A DNA stretch of 64,000 nucleotides, taken from positions 2,341,979 to 2,405,978 of the forward strand of contig CAVNZM010000007.1 in NCBI GenBank assembly GCA_963693365.1, written 5' to 3'. The position numbers were made by a program, and so were the translations under genes. The DNA is from Amoebidium appalachense. Its lineage: Eukaryota > Protista > Ichthyosporea. The notes beneath the pieces are model-generated. The model saw only the letters and a list, made by a program, of their open reading frames with translations. It searched no databases and was not told where the DNA came from. Of this stretch, positions 38,573 to 54,606 are shown in pieces (positions within the stretch are counted from its first letter, which is position 1; each line of letters begins with the position of its first letter).

Positions 38573-38737
38573 ACAGTGTGAGATGGGCCCTGGGAGCTGG
38601 GTGCTAGGTAGTAAGGTAGTTGAGGACTCACTCCACATTTTCAAACCGTTCCATACAGTGTGAGATGGGCCCTGGGAGCTGGGTGCTAGGTAGCAAGGTA
38701 GTTGAGGACTCACTCCACATTTTCAAACCGTTCCATA
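38573..38737. repeat. 82-bp direct tandem duplication
   Basis: ACAGTGTGAGATGGGCCCTGGGAGCTGGG...CAAACCGTTCCATA starts at 38573 and 38655; one substitution. Confidence 0.92.
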
Positions 38738-39222
38738 TAATTCTGTAACATTCCGAATGTCTTTATTCTCTTCCTCCCCCCCCCACCCCCCCCCTTCCCC
38801 TCCCCTCTCCTCGCCCTCTCTCTTTTCTTCCCTCTCTCCTTCTCGCTCTATCTCTTTTCCCCCTCCCTCTCTCCCGCTCCCCCCTCCCCCCCCACCCCCT
38901 CCCCCCTCCCTCCCTCTCCCACTTTTTCTCTCCCTCCCTTATGTATATAACAAGGCCTTATAGATTAAGATATCTTCCCGCTCTCTGTCTCTCTTTCTCT
39001 TTCCCTTTCCCTTTCTCTCCCTCCCTTCCCCTCCTGCCCCCCTCCCCCCCCCCCCCCCCCCGCCGCCCCCCAACCCCCCTCTCACAACCTCCCAACCCCC
39101 ACACCCCCATTCCCCTCCCACCCTCCTTCCTCCTCTTTCTCTCTCCCCGTCCCTCCCTCTCGCTACCCCCTTGATCCCTCTCCCCATTCCTCCCTCGCTC
39201 TCTCCCTCTCTTCCTCTCTCTT

Positions 39223-39329
<107 letters not shown>

Positions 39330-39367
39330 GTGTGTGTGTATGTGTGTGTGCTCTTACATTTATACTA

Positions 39368-39644
<277 letters not shown>

Positions 39645-40013
39645 ACTACGGTATATATCTCTCAATCACCCCCCCCCCCTTCCCCCCCCCTTCCCCATCT
39701 CTGCATATTAGAGGCCTTTATACAATTGTAACAATCCGAAATCGAATACTATGAAATTGATTTAACGCGGATATAAGGCCTTTTCTTTAAAATTTAGCCT
39801 CGACCAGAAATGCTTCAATATCACCAGACCTCTTGCAAAGGTTGTGCAGGTGGGTGGGGGCTATTTTTTGGGTGTGTAGATGTGTTTTTGAGGAAGGGGG
39901 GAGGAGGGGGGCGGGGGTGGGGAGGGGCTGTTGAAGGATATACAGGAAAACCTCTTCATCGTCAGATGTAACTACATGGTAACTCTGGACTCTGGCCCAG
40001 CCCTCAGAGAAGG

Positions 40014-40092
<79 letters not shown>

Positions 40093-40516
40093 CATGTGCA
40101 TGTCGGTGGTGGTGGTGGTGGAGGTGGTGCCATTGGGTCGGTCGGTCGGTGGGCCGGGGGGGAGGGGGGAGGGGGGAAGGCAGAGTTCGTGGTATTGAAG
40201 GTTCGAATCTGTTCTCGACCACGGAGAAAGAGAGGAAGGGGGGCAAGGACGGGGTGGGGGGTGGGGGGGGGGGGGGGGGGGGGGAGATACAAAGTGAAAA
40301 CCGGTACGCAAGCTTCTTAGGCTGTTTTGTATTGGGTGGCTACGTTATGGGGTGGATAAGGAAATCATTAGGATTTGACGGACATCGGAAGTTCTGGGAA
40401 CCAATGGAATTTCGCTCTTGTTGATTGTTTGACACCATCGTGCCCCACGGCACCATTTTCACAGCCATTTGTATTGTTTTCTCGTTTCTTTTTTTTTCTT
40501 CTTCTTCTTCTACTCC

Positions 40517-40560
<44 letters not shown>

Positions 40561-41624
40561 CCCGCCCCCTCCCTCGGCCCCATATTTTTAACATAATTAA
40601 CATTTTTGGCCTTTTCTTATTACATTTAACATACATATTATTTATGTATGATATCTTAGTCTAGATGTTCTTTATGTCAACCGAATATATCAAGTCGATT
40701 TCATCCTTTCCTTATAAAGTCAAATCTTGATATGACTCTAGCAACTCCATAATCCCCAAGAAATTACCACAGCAACCTTTCAGACACTCAAATCCTCGAA
40801 GCATTAACCTGTTCATACCGGGAAATTTCCCTAGATAGTCATTTCAGAAACACAGAAACAGATACAAAAGCATACGACTCATGATATTTTTCAGAAGCCA
40901 ACTTAGAAACGTATGTAGGGAAGATATATACGTGTCGATATATACATTTATTTGAGCTTTTCCTATCGATTGTGAGCCAATCAAAAAGAGTTGTTTATAG
41001 CTGTAGAGAGCTGGCCGGCTGCCGGCCAAATCAATTAGTCCCGGTCCGAAGAGGTTCATAGACATGGTAGAATGACAATCTCGACATCCTACGCTCAGAG
41101 TTACGTTTTTGTTTTTTGTTTGTCTTTATTCAGTCTCTCCCCCCCCCCCCCCCCCCCCTCCCCCTCTTTTTTATGTCCCCCCCCTTCCCCCTCCACGTCC
41201 CCCCCCCCCCCCCCCCCCCCCTCCGGCCCCGCCCCGCCCGCCCGCCTCCCCCGGAAAGTGAATCTTTTGCGCCAGGCTTTGGGAGAAGCAACTGGGGAAG
41301 AGGGGAGGAGGGAGGAAAGGGGGGGGGGGGGGGGGGGGATAGACAGGATATGCCAAGATCGCCCAAGGGTAAATAAAATTAAGAGCCTGACAAACTTGAA
41401 ACACACAGATAAGAATTGGAAGAAAAGTGTAAGCAGAGGAAAAAAGTATAAAGGAGACAGATTTAAATGTGGACTCGGAACTGATCAAAAAGCCTTTCTC
41501 GTGTTAGCCGTTTGCAAGTGGTTATCTCTTCCCCTCCTCCTTCTGCTTTCCCTCCCCCTCCCCTCCCCCCCCCCCCTCTTTTTTTTTTTTTTTTGGGGGG
41601 GGGGGGGGGGGGGGAGCTATACAT

Positions 41625-41903
41625 AGCCGTCTTCTTCTGTTATTCTGCAAAAACAGGATTATTCTGCTCACCACCGCAAAATTAAATCTGCTCCCAACAT
41701 AAAGCTTCAGCTTTGAGCAGAATGGTTCTGCTTTCTGCTCGAAGTGGAATATGAAGATCTCCTCGGAGCAAAATGCTTTTGCTTTTGCAGAAAAATTCTT
41801 TCTTTGCTGAATAAATCTGCAAAAAGCAGAATTTTGTCTGCTTTTTGCAGACCATCCAGCTCTCATGGAGTCGATTTTGCTGATGTACATGTGTTCAGGC
41901 CCC
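41625..41903 (-). mobile_element. Degenerate repeat built from AGCAGAA-n-TTCTGCT palindromes (MITE-like)
   Basis: Multiple imperfect (A)GCAGAA..TTCTGC(T) palindromes. The right end resembles the reverse complement of the left end of 45113-45465. Confidence 0.55.
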
Positions 41904-42785
41904 TTAGGGTGGGTACCGATTCAACGAATTCACTACACGCACCACCTTTCCAGCCCGTAGGCACTGCCAGACATTGGGGAAGGATTTTTATTAGACGAAC
42001 CCTCCACCCCTCCCCCCCCCCCTCTTCGTCCCTCCCACGAGAGCACCCGCACACGTCAGTGCGCGCACACACGCACACTTTATATGCACAAACACACAAG
42101 CACAACCACGTGTGTGTGTGTATGCGTGCATGGCGAACACGAGCGCGCATGTGTGCGTGCCGTATGTGTGTGCATGCAGGTGTGCATGCGTGCGTGCGTG
42201 TGTGTGTTGGTGCATGCGTGCATTCGTACGCGTGTGTATGCTTGCATGCGTGTGGGTGTGTGCACGCGCGTGCACGCGTGTGTGCGTGTGCGTGCGCACA
42301 CGTACACGTGTTCTTGTGTTTGTGTGATGGTGGTGGGGGTGGGGGAAGCCGTTTGAGAGTGTTCTTTTTATTTTTCAAGAGGAGGAAGAAGAGGGAAGCA
42401 AGCAGAAGAGGACCTTACATGTGAAACACCATTGGAAGTGTTTTATTGGCTTGCCAAAAATTTTGGTGTAAGATAAGTTTTATTGTGTACATTTTCCTGC
42501 CACCAGAAAACAGCCATAAAGCGGCGAAACTGGAGATAAATTTGGCCGATTATTTACATAGAGTTTATCAGTACATCATCCCCAGCAAGGTGTGCAACGT
42601 TGAACATATACAACTATATAGTTACATACATAATAAAATACATGTAGATCACAGAAAACTATTAACTTAAACTTGATTACAGTGCGTATGGCTCAAAAGG
42701 GGCTTCTAACTGTACACAGATTATTGTTTGAAATTTGACCGCTTAAACGTTAAAATACTGAATATAAGTGTATCGGTGCAATGAT

Positions 42786-43733
42786 TTACTTCTGAGGGAA
42801 ATCTACGGCGGGCTGTGATCCCTTAGTGTTGCAAATTTTTGGGCAACTCCTTCCCACACACCCGAAAACCGTCTGCTCTGTCTGCCCAATACCGCACTTA
42901 TTCCCGTAGGTCACATCAAAATGGTACCTGCAGTTAGACGTCTCGGTAGGGACAGATACGGCAAACGTGAGAGCACTCCAGTTTTTACGCGTCACACACT
43001 GTGGTGTGGGCACAGTCTCGCCGTTAATAGTCGGGAAAGACGTCAGGCAGAGAGTGACGGTGTAATCCTCGTTGGTATCAACGTGCTCTGGAATGCTCAT
43101 CCACTCAAACGTAAACGAGGTGAGCTTTGTGCTTTCATTGTCGTCGTCAGACTGGCCGATATCGCCTACCCTCGAGGGGACATAGCACATTGCCGAGGGG
43201 TCAAAAGGAACGAGCATCCACTGTTGCTCTGGTTTGCTAGGCACACAGGGGAGAAAGAGGTTGTCTGGTGTACCCTCTGCAGGGTTGGGAATGGCCTCTA
43301 AGCAACTGTTTTCTCCGAGTATTTGCAGGGGTCCGCCTGTCGCGGCAGGCAATTTAAACTGACGGTTTTTCAAGGGAAAATATTCGGAGTCTTCATAACT
43401 ACACCCTACGAAATAGCTTATGCTTTGGCCGCTTGCAGTTTGGTCTCCACTTTCCATGGAAAAACATCTGCCAACCTTCGTCTGCAGCTGTGTGGCGTTA
43501 ATGTACACCACGTACACGTCCTGGGATGCACAGTCGCCCAGTTTGGGGTTGGAGCTATCGTAGTCAGCGCTCTCACTGACGATGCATTTACCGGTGGAGA
43601 CAGACTTGATGAGGTATCCGGTGGTGGTGGGTGTGGTGACCTTGGTGGATGAAGATGTGGGTGCAGCGTTGGTCGGGAGGGCGTGGGTGAGGGCTAAAAG
43701 CCCACTGGCAAGGAGGAGTGACCGAACAGACAT
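42786..43733 (-). CDS. Secreted ricin-B lectin-like + FN3-like protein, paralogue 2 (inverted), intronless
   Basis: 315-aa ORF colinear with paralogues 1 and 3, with the same signal peptide type, cysteines and C-terminal KGSQPAVDFPQ. Confidence 0.85.
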   Translation of the reverse strand: MSVRSLLLASGLLALTHALPTNAAPTSSSTKVTTPTTTGYLIKSVSTGKCIVSESADYDSSNPKLGDCASQDVYVVYINATQLQTKVGRCFSMESGDQTASGQSISYFVGCSYEDSEYFPLKNRQFKLPAATGGPLQILGENSCLEAIPNPAEGTPDNLFLPCVPSKPEQQWMLVPFDPSAMCYVPSRVGDIGQSDDDNESTKLTSFTFEWMSIPEHVDTNEDYTVTLCLTSFPTINGETVPTPQCVTRKNWSALTFAVSVPTETSNCRYHFDVTYGNKCGIGQTEQTVFGCVGRSCPKICNTKGSQPAVDFPQK

Positions 43734-43884
43734 TGTGTATTATCAATAACCGCTAACTCTAGGGGGTTATGTACTCTGCAGTTCCTATTGCAAATTTTTC
43801 ACGCTGAATGAAGGGATTCGTTGTTTCGTTGTTCTGTTGAGCTGTTCTGTATGTAGTTGACTGACGTCCTTCTAATGACATGGC

Positions 43885-43972
43885 GATTTTTATAGAGGGT
43901 GGAAGATGACGAAGGAATGCACGCAAACAGATGACGACGAACGATTGGCTATCGAGATTTCTCAACCAGGGT
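43885..43972 (-). promoter_or_regulatory. CCAAT + TATA promoter of paralogue 2
   Basis: The reverse complement reads CCCTGGTTGAGAAATCTCGATAGCCAATCGTTCGTC...GCATTCCTTCGTCATCTTCC...TATAAAAA. Confidence 0.75.
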
Positions 43973-44476
43973 ATGCAAATATTAGGGATAAAATGTATTC
44001 TATGCCTCGAAAAGGTTGTGCACGTGGGAGTGTTGTGTGCTCCGACTAAAAAGCTACTGGGGCAATTTAGCTTACCTAGTGAGTTCTCTTGCTCATTTCT
44101 ATGTGGCGAATTTGTATTCTCGAATCATACATCATATATAATCTATGATCATAAAAAGCATATGTAGATGTCTTTTTCTTGCGGCAAGTGATCTTGTTCA
44201 AACCCTGCACCAGCCACACGCCGTCACGGGCCTGTTGGCTGTCGCCTGACGTCGGCCCCAGGCACCAGGCACTGGCACAGTCTGGTACTATTGCAAAGAT
44301 GACGATTATATGTTCGCTTCCCATTATAACTATCGATAGAATGTTTTTTTTTTTTTTTATCCTCTACTGCGCACATATATTTATGGTGGCCCGCACAGGC
44401 TGCCGGCAGAGCTCAGCCCTAAGGTCGCCTAGTGTATTAAAAAAGTTTTTTTTTTTCTTTTTTTTTTTTTTTGGGT

Positions 44477-44537
<61 letters not shown>

Positions 44538-44657
44538 GGGGATGGAGAGTTAAGTGATCATGAGAGGAAGAGAGAAAGAGAGGAGGCAGAGAGAGGCAGA
44601 GAGAGAGAGGGTGCGGGGGGAGGCCGCGGGGAGGGGGGGTGGGGGGGGGGGGGGGGG

Positions 44658-44892
<235 letters not shown>

Positions 44893-45035
44893 GAGAGAGA
44901 TGTGTGTGTGTGGGGGGGGGGGGGAGAGAGAGAGAGATAAAGCTTAAAAGGATAGACTCTGAGATAGAGACGGAGAGGGGAGGGAGAGAGGGGGGAGGGG
45001 GGGAGAGGGGGGGGGGGGAGGGGGGGGGGGGAGCT

Positions 45036-45106
<71 letters not shown>

Positions 45107-45112
45107 AAGAGA

Positions 45113-45465
45113 GAGGGCCCAACCACATCGGCAGAGTCAACCTGCACAAAGCAGAACAATTCTGCAAAAAGGAGAATATTTCTGCAAAAGCAGAATTATT
45201 CTGCAAAATGAAAAAAGCAGAACTTTACTGCAAAAGTAGAATAGTAATCTATCTGCTTTGAGCAGAATCACTCTGTGTCATATCATGCTTTTAGCAGAAA
45301 CTCTCAATTATTCTGTTTTATTTATTCCGTGAAAAGCGCTCGCGGAATCATTCTGCTTTTGACAGCAGAATAATTCTGCTCTTGGCAGATGAATTCTGCT
45401 TTTAACAGAATAATTGCGCTTTTAGCCGATTAATTGTGCTGTTTGCAGGGTCATTCTGGCCGAAT
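45113..45465 (+). mobile_element. Repeat built from AGCAGAATWATTCTGC palindromes (MITE-like), same family as 41625-41903
   Basis: AGCAGAACAATTCTGC, AGCAGAATTATTCTGC, AGCAGAATAATTCTGCT and GCAGATGAATTCTGC occur in series. Confidence 0.6.
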
Positions 45466-45963
45466 ACAATTAATGAATCAGGAGCATGCTCCAGGTTAGT
45501 CGTTTCTTTTTTTTTTCTTCTTTTCCTTCTTTTCTTTTTCTTTTTTTTTTTTTTTCGTCTTTTTGTAGTGTTCTGAAATTCAAGCCACAATAAAAGCTAG
45601 CCCTTCCGGTATTTCCAAGCCTTTTGCTTGCTATGTACATGTACATTGCGCATGTGCATCTGCCCGTGAAGTTGCTCACATACATACACAGTTCGTGCAT
45701 CATGAGTTTCTTTTCGTTCATACCAGTATACGTTACGAGGCTGGTTTCCAAACAGTCACGGCTACACCGTGAACATTTTATATAAAAAAAACATTACAGT
45801 AATAATCTAGAGGCTCCATGCAAGCACGGGGGTTACAACGGGCACATTAAAGTGGTGACTGCTAGTTTCCTGACCACACATGCACGATTAAGTCACATCA
45901 TATTTGGTTTAACGACCGTTAATAACAGAATACTGTCTAATTTAAAATCACCCATGTCTGCAG

Positions 45964-47534
<1,571 letters not shown>

Positions 47535-47704
47535 GTTAGAAGTGACTCAAATGAACAATGCACACGGGTGCATTCATAACACTTTACTAATAAATCAAGT
47601 CGTAATTGACGCTAAAATAAAGTTGAACAATCAATATTTGATTTAGGCCTAGTTGTGCTTTTAGTGTGCATGTGCACGTTTGTGTGCTTGTGTGTTGGTG
47701 TGTA

Positions 47705-47794
<90 letters not shown>

Positions 47795-47925
47795 GTATGT
47801 GTGTGTGTGTGTACGTGTGTGTGTGTGTGCGTGTGCGTGTGTGTGCGTGTGTGCGTGTGTGTGTGTGCCGCACGGTGTGTGTGCGTGTGTGTGTATGTGT
47901 GTGTACATGTTCGACGTTTGTCACG

Positions 47926-48013
<88 letters not shown>

Positions 48014-48024
48014 ACTGTGTGTGA

Positions 48025-48059
<35 letters not shown>

Positions 48060-48086
48060 CGTGTGTGTGCGCGCGCGCGCGCGTGT

Positions 48087-48130
<44 letters not shown>

Positions 48131-48266
48131 GGTGTGCCACGGTTTGTGGTGACGGTGTGTGTTTGTATGTGTTTGTGGTAATGGTGTGTGCGTTCTTGTG
48201 TATACGCCACTTTGTTTGTGTGTTTGTGTGCTTGCTTGATAATGGGGGTTGTGGTGGTGGGTGGTG

Positions 48267-48297
<31 letters not shown>

Positions 48298-48519
48298 GGG
48301 GGGGGAAGATGGGTATGCATACGTATGGATAATCTTGTGTTGTCTAACAGGGAAGGGGGAAAAAAAGAAAAGAACAAGAAAAAGCCTACCTGAGCTTGAA
48401 ATAATATGATCGTACAAAAAGGTTCCCACGGACGATGGGAACCGTTTATCGGGCAGGTGAAGAAACTGATTTCTTCCTCTCTTTCATCTCTCTCTCTCTC
48501 TCTCTCTCTCTTCCTAACC

Positions 48520-48798
<279 letters not shown>

Positions 48799-49314
48799 TG
48801 TACACGTGTGTGTGGCTCCTCTTGCTCTCACCTTGGCTTTCTCTTTCTTCTGTGTCTATAGATCTCTCTCCTTTTTTTTTTTTAAAAAAAAAAAAATAAA
48901 AAAAAAATAAAATTATGGTTGTTCCTTAGTCAAAATCGAGCCGAGCGCTTGTCATGCCAGTAGCCTACATATTCCCGAACAAAAAAAATAAATAAAAGGG
49001 CCGGGTAGGATTGGTGATGTAAGCCTTGAATAGCTCAAAAACAGTTCAAATCAAACTCGGTTCCGCCTTGCCGCGTGGCGGGTACAGGGTTTGAACAGCA
49101 TTCTCAACGTAAATAAGACACGTACATTCCATTGATCATGATGTGTAGCACTAGTACACTCGATGTACATTTTATTTTTCTTCTTTGTTAGAAAAAGATA
49201 GGAATAAATTAAGATGCCCTAGCGGCAGTCAGTCGGTGTACTGTAGGCCTACATACATTCTCCCGTTCACATATATGATTTCTGGTCTTCGTGTCCTGAA
49301 GCTTGAATTGCGTG

Positions 49315-49400
49315 CCCTGGCTGAGAATTCTCGATAGCCAATAGCTCGTCGCCACCTGCTTGTGTGCATTCCACCGTCATCTTCCCGCAGGTATATAAAG
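49315..49400 (+). promoter_or_regulatory. CCAAT + TATA promoter of paralogue 3
   Basis: CCCTGGCTGAGAATTCTCGATAGCCAATAGCTCGTC...GCATTCCACCGTCATCTTCC...TATATAAA (CCAAT 49338, TATA 49392). Confidence 0.75.
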
Positions 49401-49523
49401 CCTCTGATCCTTCAACAGGACTTTAGCCCCAACAACACACCAAACAGTTCCTTAAAATTACATCAGCGCCACAAACTGCGAAAAGAAGCAGAGTATCTAC
49501 TTCACCGGCGTGAATACTTCATA

Positions 49524-50453
49524 ATGTCTCTTCGTTCGCTCCTTTTTTTCAGCGGGGTTGTGGCCCTTACCCACGCCCTCCCGACCAGCACACCCGCCTC
49601 TTCCTCCACCAAGGTCACCCCCGTAGCCACCACGGGATACCTCATAAAGTCTGTCTCCACCGGTAAATGTATCGTCAGTGAGAGCGCTGACTACGATAGC
49701 TCCAACCCCAAACTGGGTGACTGTGCATCCCAGGAGGTGTACGTGGTTTACATTAACGGCACACAGCTGCAAACGAAGGTTGGCAGATGTTTTTCCATGG
49801 AAAGTGGAGGCCAAGGCACGAGCTATTTCGTATCGTGCAGCTTGGAGGATTCTGACGATTATCCATCCAAGAAACGTCAGTTTGTTTTGCCAGCCGTGAC
49901 AGGCGGACCCTTGCAAATAATCGGAGAAAACAGTTGCTTAGAGGCCATTCCCAACCCTGCAGAGGGTACCCCAGACAACCTCTTCCTTCCCTGTGTGCCT
50001 AGCAAACCAGAGCAACAGTGGATGCTCGTTCCTTTCAACCCCTCGGTAATGTGCTATGTTCCCTCGAGGGTAGGCGATATCGACCAATCTGACGACGACA
50101 ATAAAAGCACAAAGCTCACCTCTTTAACGTTTGAGTGGGTGAGCATTCCAGAGCACGTTGTTACGAACGAGGATTACAACGTCACTCTTTGCCTAACGTC
50201 TTTCCCGAATATTAACGGCGAAGCTACCCCCACACAGCAGTGCGTGACGCGCAAAAACTGGAGTTCTCTCACATTTACGGTATCTGTCCCTACCGAGACG
50301 TCTAACTGCAGGTACCATTTTGATGTGACCTACGACAATAAGTGCGGTGTGGGCCAGACAGAGCAGAAGAATTTCGGGTGTGTGGGAAGGAGCTGCCGAA
50401 GCATCTGCGGCACAAAGGGGTCCCAACCGGCCGTAGACTTTCCTCAGAAGTAA
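49524..50453 (+). CDS. Secreted ricin-B lectin-like + FN3-like protein, paralogue 3, intronless
   Basis: 309 aa from the ATG at 49524 (MSLRSLLFFSGVVALTHA), which aligns to the starts of paralogues 1 and 2. The ORF-track start at 49362 lies upstream of the TATA box. Confidence 0.85.
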   Translation: MSLRSLLFFSGVVALTHALPTSTPASSSTKVTPVATTGYLIKSVSTGKCIVSESADYDSSNPKLGDCASQEVYVVYINGTQLQTKVGRCFSMESGGQGTSYFVSCSLEDSDDYPSKKRQFVLPAVTGGPLQIIGENSCLEAIPNPAEGTPDNLFLPCVPSKPEQQWMLVPFNPSVMCYVPSRVGDIDQSDDDNKSTKLTSLTFEWVSIPEHVVTNEDYNVTLCLTSFPNINGEATPTQQCVTRKNWSSLTFTVSVPTETSNCRYHFDVTYDNKCGVGQTEQKNFGCVGRSCRSICGTKGSQPAVDFPQK

Positions 50454-50964
50454 ATTATGGCATTTTTTACTGTTGTATTCTTTGAAATAAAGAATATCAC
50501 GCTTTTTCATTGTGGAAGCCGTGACTGGTGTACAATGTAACGCGGCTAGCATATGACATCGTGTGTGAAACTGTAGTATCTGTGATCGTGTACGTGGGCC
50601 AGCCACCGGTTGGGTTTTTTTCTGTACATGGACATATACCATGGATAAAATACCGGGTCAGTAACTGAGTCAGTGAATAATATAACTTGTAAATGTAATG
50701 AATTCTGCCAACGGTTACCCGAGTAAAATCCCAAGATTCGGCTGTGTGGCTGTTCATGCTGGCAGGATAATATTACAACATGTTCCGTGCAGACCCTCTG
50801 CTTGACAGAACAAATAAAAATACTTTTACAGTACTAGTTGTGTTGCATTACGTCCTCAGATTACTCCTTCCCTTCCCCCTCCCCCCCTTTATCCCCCTCC
50901 CCACAACACCCCCCCCCCCCCCCCACACACACACACACACAAACACACACACAAACACACACAC

Positions 50965-51022
<58 letters not shown>

Positions 51023-51052
51023 AAGGGGGGGGGAAAAGGGGTGGGGGGAATG

Positions 51053-51314
51053 GGGCACCAGCATCACCACCACCCACCACCACCACCACCACCAACACAC
51101 GGGCGGGCATACACACACAGGCACTAAACAGACACAAACCCACTGGCTGTGGCGCAAAAACACACCAACAGACACCGTGCACAGGGCACCAGCATCACCA
51201 CCACCCACCACCACCACCACCACCAACACACGGGCGGGCATACACACACAGGCACTAAACAGACACAAACCCACTGGCTGTGGCGCAAAAACACACCAAC
51301 AGACACCGTGCACA
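51053..51314. repeat. 131-bp tandem duplication
   Basis: GGGCACCAGCATCACCACC...ACACGGGCGGGCATAC...CAGACACCGTGCACA starts at 51053 and 51184. A related degenerate sequence lies at ~27520-27620. Confidence 0.9.
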
Positions 51315-51554
51315 AAGTCACTGTCATATTCGGAATTCACCATAGATTCCTGCATCACGTACATGTGTTTATAAGAGACTCAAAAGCAATACTCATTGAC
51401 GTAAAAATCGAATGGAGCATATACCACGCGTTTCTTGCTAGTTACAGGGGTGGCTCACCATTTAACAACAGGTAAGTCGGGTGTAGGGTTAAACCTTTTA
51501 AGGTTCGTTTGGGCTGTCCAATTCGTTATCATCTGCAACCGAACCTCCCTTTGT

Positions 51555-51585
<31 letters not shown>

Positions 51586-52557
51586 GGGTGGATGGGGGGG
51601 GTGCGGAGGAGGAGGAGGAGGGGGAGGGGGGAGGAGGGAGGGGGGTTTGGGGGGAAGGGGTTGGGGGGAGGAGGGGGGAGGGCCGGGGGATTGTTTCTGA
51701 TATGCCTTATGGGGTGGGAGGTATGTGCTCGTTTATTTTTTGATTTGTTCTCCCCCCCCCCCCCCCCCCCCCCCTTCCCCCCCTTTTTTTCTTTTTTTCA
51801 ATGTTTTTTAACTTTTCCCTTTCTTTTCTTTTTTCCCTTTTTTTTTTTTTTTTTTCTTTTGGGGGGGGGGGGGGGGGAGGGAGGGGGGGGGGTTGGAGAA
51901 GGGGGAGGGCTGCGAATCTGTGCACGTGTAGGTGGCTAACGTGTACGGCACGGCACCCTGTTTGCTATCCCTATGTATGTCATGTTTGTCATGCACACAG
52001 CCACACACGTGCGCGCACATGTGTACACACACACGAAATTACACACACACACACACATGTACACACATACGAAATTACACACACACACACATGTACACAC
52101 GCACACACATACACACACACACACACACAACACACACACATACACACACACACACACACAACACACACACATATACACACACACACACAACACACACACA
52201 TATACACACACACACACACACAACACACACACATACACACACACACACACACAACACACACACATATACACACACACACACAACACACACACACACATAC
52301 ACACACACACACAACACACACACATATACACACACACACACAACACACACACATATACACACACACACACAACACACACACATCTACACACACACACACC
52401 ACACACACACATATACACACACACACACACATACCGCACACGCACACATGGGTATGCACAAACGCACGCACATCATGCACACACACAGTTACCATGCAGC
52501 TGCTACTGAATTAACACCCCCCCTCCCCCCCCTTCCCCCCCTCTCCCCCCCCCCCCT

Positions 52558-52591
<34 letters not shown>

Positions 52592-54309
52592 GGCCCCTCT
52601 GCCGTTACTGATTGTACACACAAAAATGAATATTTTTATTACACTGGCCCTTGGACCCTCACACAACCTCGAGGGAACTTTAGCAGTGACAGTTAATAAA
52701 CAAATTATCATGGTCCAGAATAAATCCCTAAACATTCGGGTTTTATACCCGCATTGTATCATGGCATCCCATTTCAGATTAGATACATATTTATATGAGC
52801 CTCTGATTTCAAAAAAAAAAAAAAAAAAAAAAAAAAAGCGGGGGGGCGAAAAGAAAAAAGAAAGGATTCAAAGACTCTTGCAGGAGTGAATAAAGTTTCA
52901 AAGAGATCGAAGAGAACCGGAATCACCCCTTTATCATAATAATGATGTCTATGAAGCTTCCAAATGATTTATTACATTATATATATATTAACTGCAATGA
53001 ATTTTGACAAAAAAAGGGTGCCACTGGTCAACTACCCAATCCTACCAATGCCCCGGACCCTTAACCCTCCACCCTAGCCCCTCCCCAAAATCATCGGAAT
53101 GCCCCCCCCCCCCCCCCCCCCCCCCCCCATCATTCCTGGGGCCGCCCATCACCCCTCTCCTCCCGTCGCCCATATGGTCCGGGCGTCACGGTTCACCCCT
53201 CTCGATAGCTATATATCCTGCATGCTGCAGCCACACATGACGAATCCTCTGTAGTGGCATACAGTAGTGGTAGGTATGAATCGCCTTTCCAGCCCGGTGA
53301 TGCACGTAGTGGTGGTGTACAGTAGGGTGTGTGGACGTTTTTCTTCTTCTTTTTTTTTTTTTTGTGGGGGGGGGGGGGGGGGGGGGGAGGGGGGGGGGGG
53401 GGGGGGAGGGGGAAGGGGAGCTCGAGGGGGAGGGAGGGAGGAGCTCGAGGGGGAAGGGAGGGGGGGGGGGGGGGGGGGTTTCGAAAATAGATATAAAGCG
53501 GTATCACCTTTCAGGTCATGTGTATATTCATCGGATATCCCACCCTTGAAGTGGCACTCTTGTGAGTTATATTATGGTCGTGTTAACGTTTGCGGCGCCT
53601 GGTGGACTCCTAGGCTAGCGGGAGCGACTAACCTCAATAGCCTGCTGCCTGCAGCCGCAGACTCAGTTGAAGCGATCGATTATATGATTGGATAACGATA
53701 GCCAATGATAGATGATATGAACAAATATTTATGGATAAACAAACACATTCCTTTCGTCTCTTTAGGGCTGGAATTGATTTTGTTGACCACTGAACTTCTC
53801 AAGTTACCTGGCGTCAGTTAGTTATCGTTCGATATAATGCAGCCCAACATGAAGGGAAAAAAGCGGAACAAAGTGTTGGCTATAAACGAAATAGCAGCGA
53901 CTGTTTGCCAATTGCGCAAATATACACCCCTCGAATGTGTGTGCATGTGGAAAGAGTCTTGACGTTCTGTGCTTCCTCACCATGTCACCGTAACTTGAAA
54001 AGGAATTACACGCCCCGAAAAAGCAAAATCTCGTGAGCCAATACCTTCTCGCCAATCAGTTAGCTGTGATGCATTCCATTATCGTCCCCAAGGAGTATAT
54101 AAAAGCAAGGTCACACCATATGTTTTCCCGAGAGAGGGAGGTAACATGAGGTCGTTTCATTCTTCCTGCATTCCAACACGTGCATCAGATAAGGTTTTGA
54201 TTTGTGATTGGTTTCTTTAGGGAGCTTTAGCCGTATATGGTAAGTGAGTTTTGGAACCAACGATGACTTGGCTGCAGACTTGCCAAATTGGTAAATTTAC
54301 ACTCACAGG

Positions 54310-54420
54310 GGATTGGTTAGAAAGAATGTTAGTTGGTTTTGATTGGTTATGGTTAGGGATTTTCGATTGGCTAGTAAGTTAGTTATATAAACGGATCACA
54401 CGCAGATTTTGACTCAGTTT
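54310..54420 (+). promoter_or_regulatory. Putative Pol II promoter (three reverse CCAAT boxes, TATA, Inr-like)
   Basis: GATTGG at ~54311, ~54341 and ~54365; TATATAA at 54384; TCAGTT at 54414, 30 nt after the TATA start. Confidence 0.55.
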
Positions 54421-54606
54421 TGTCTTTTCAAGTCAGTGTGACCGTGGTTAGTGATAGAGGAAAATTCGGCAGAGAGAGGTGAGGGTTTAGTCGTTTGGTT
54501 AGAGTTGGGTTTTGGTGGCTGTCTTGTTAAACAGCACAACCTCCTTTCGATGACTGAATAGCGTCTACTTCTTGGTGCTGTGTTTTCGTAAAAGCCTTCA
54601 TCTGGT

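Noticed and set aside
49362-49523. 54-aa N-terminal extension of paralogue 3
   Set aside because: It starts at a non-ATG codon upstream of the conserved TATA box and is absent from the other paralogues.
53595-53665. Possible hairpin ncRNA (TGCGGC...AGGCTA...TAGCCT...GCCGCA)
   Set aside because: Single copy with short stems and no covariation or recognisable motif; compatible with chance.
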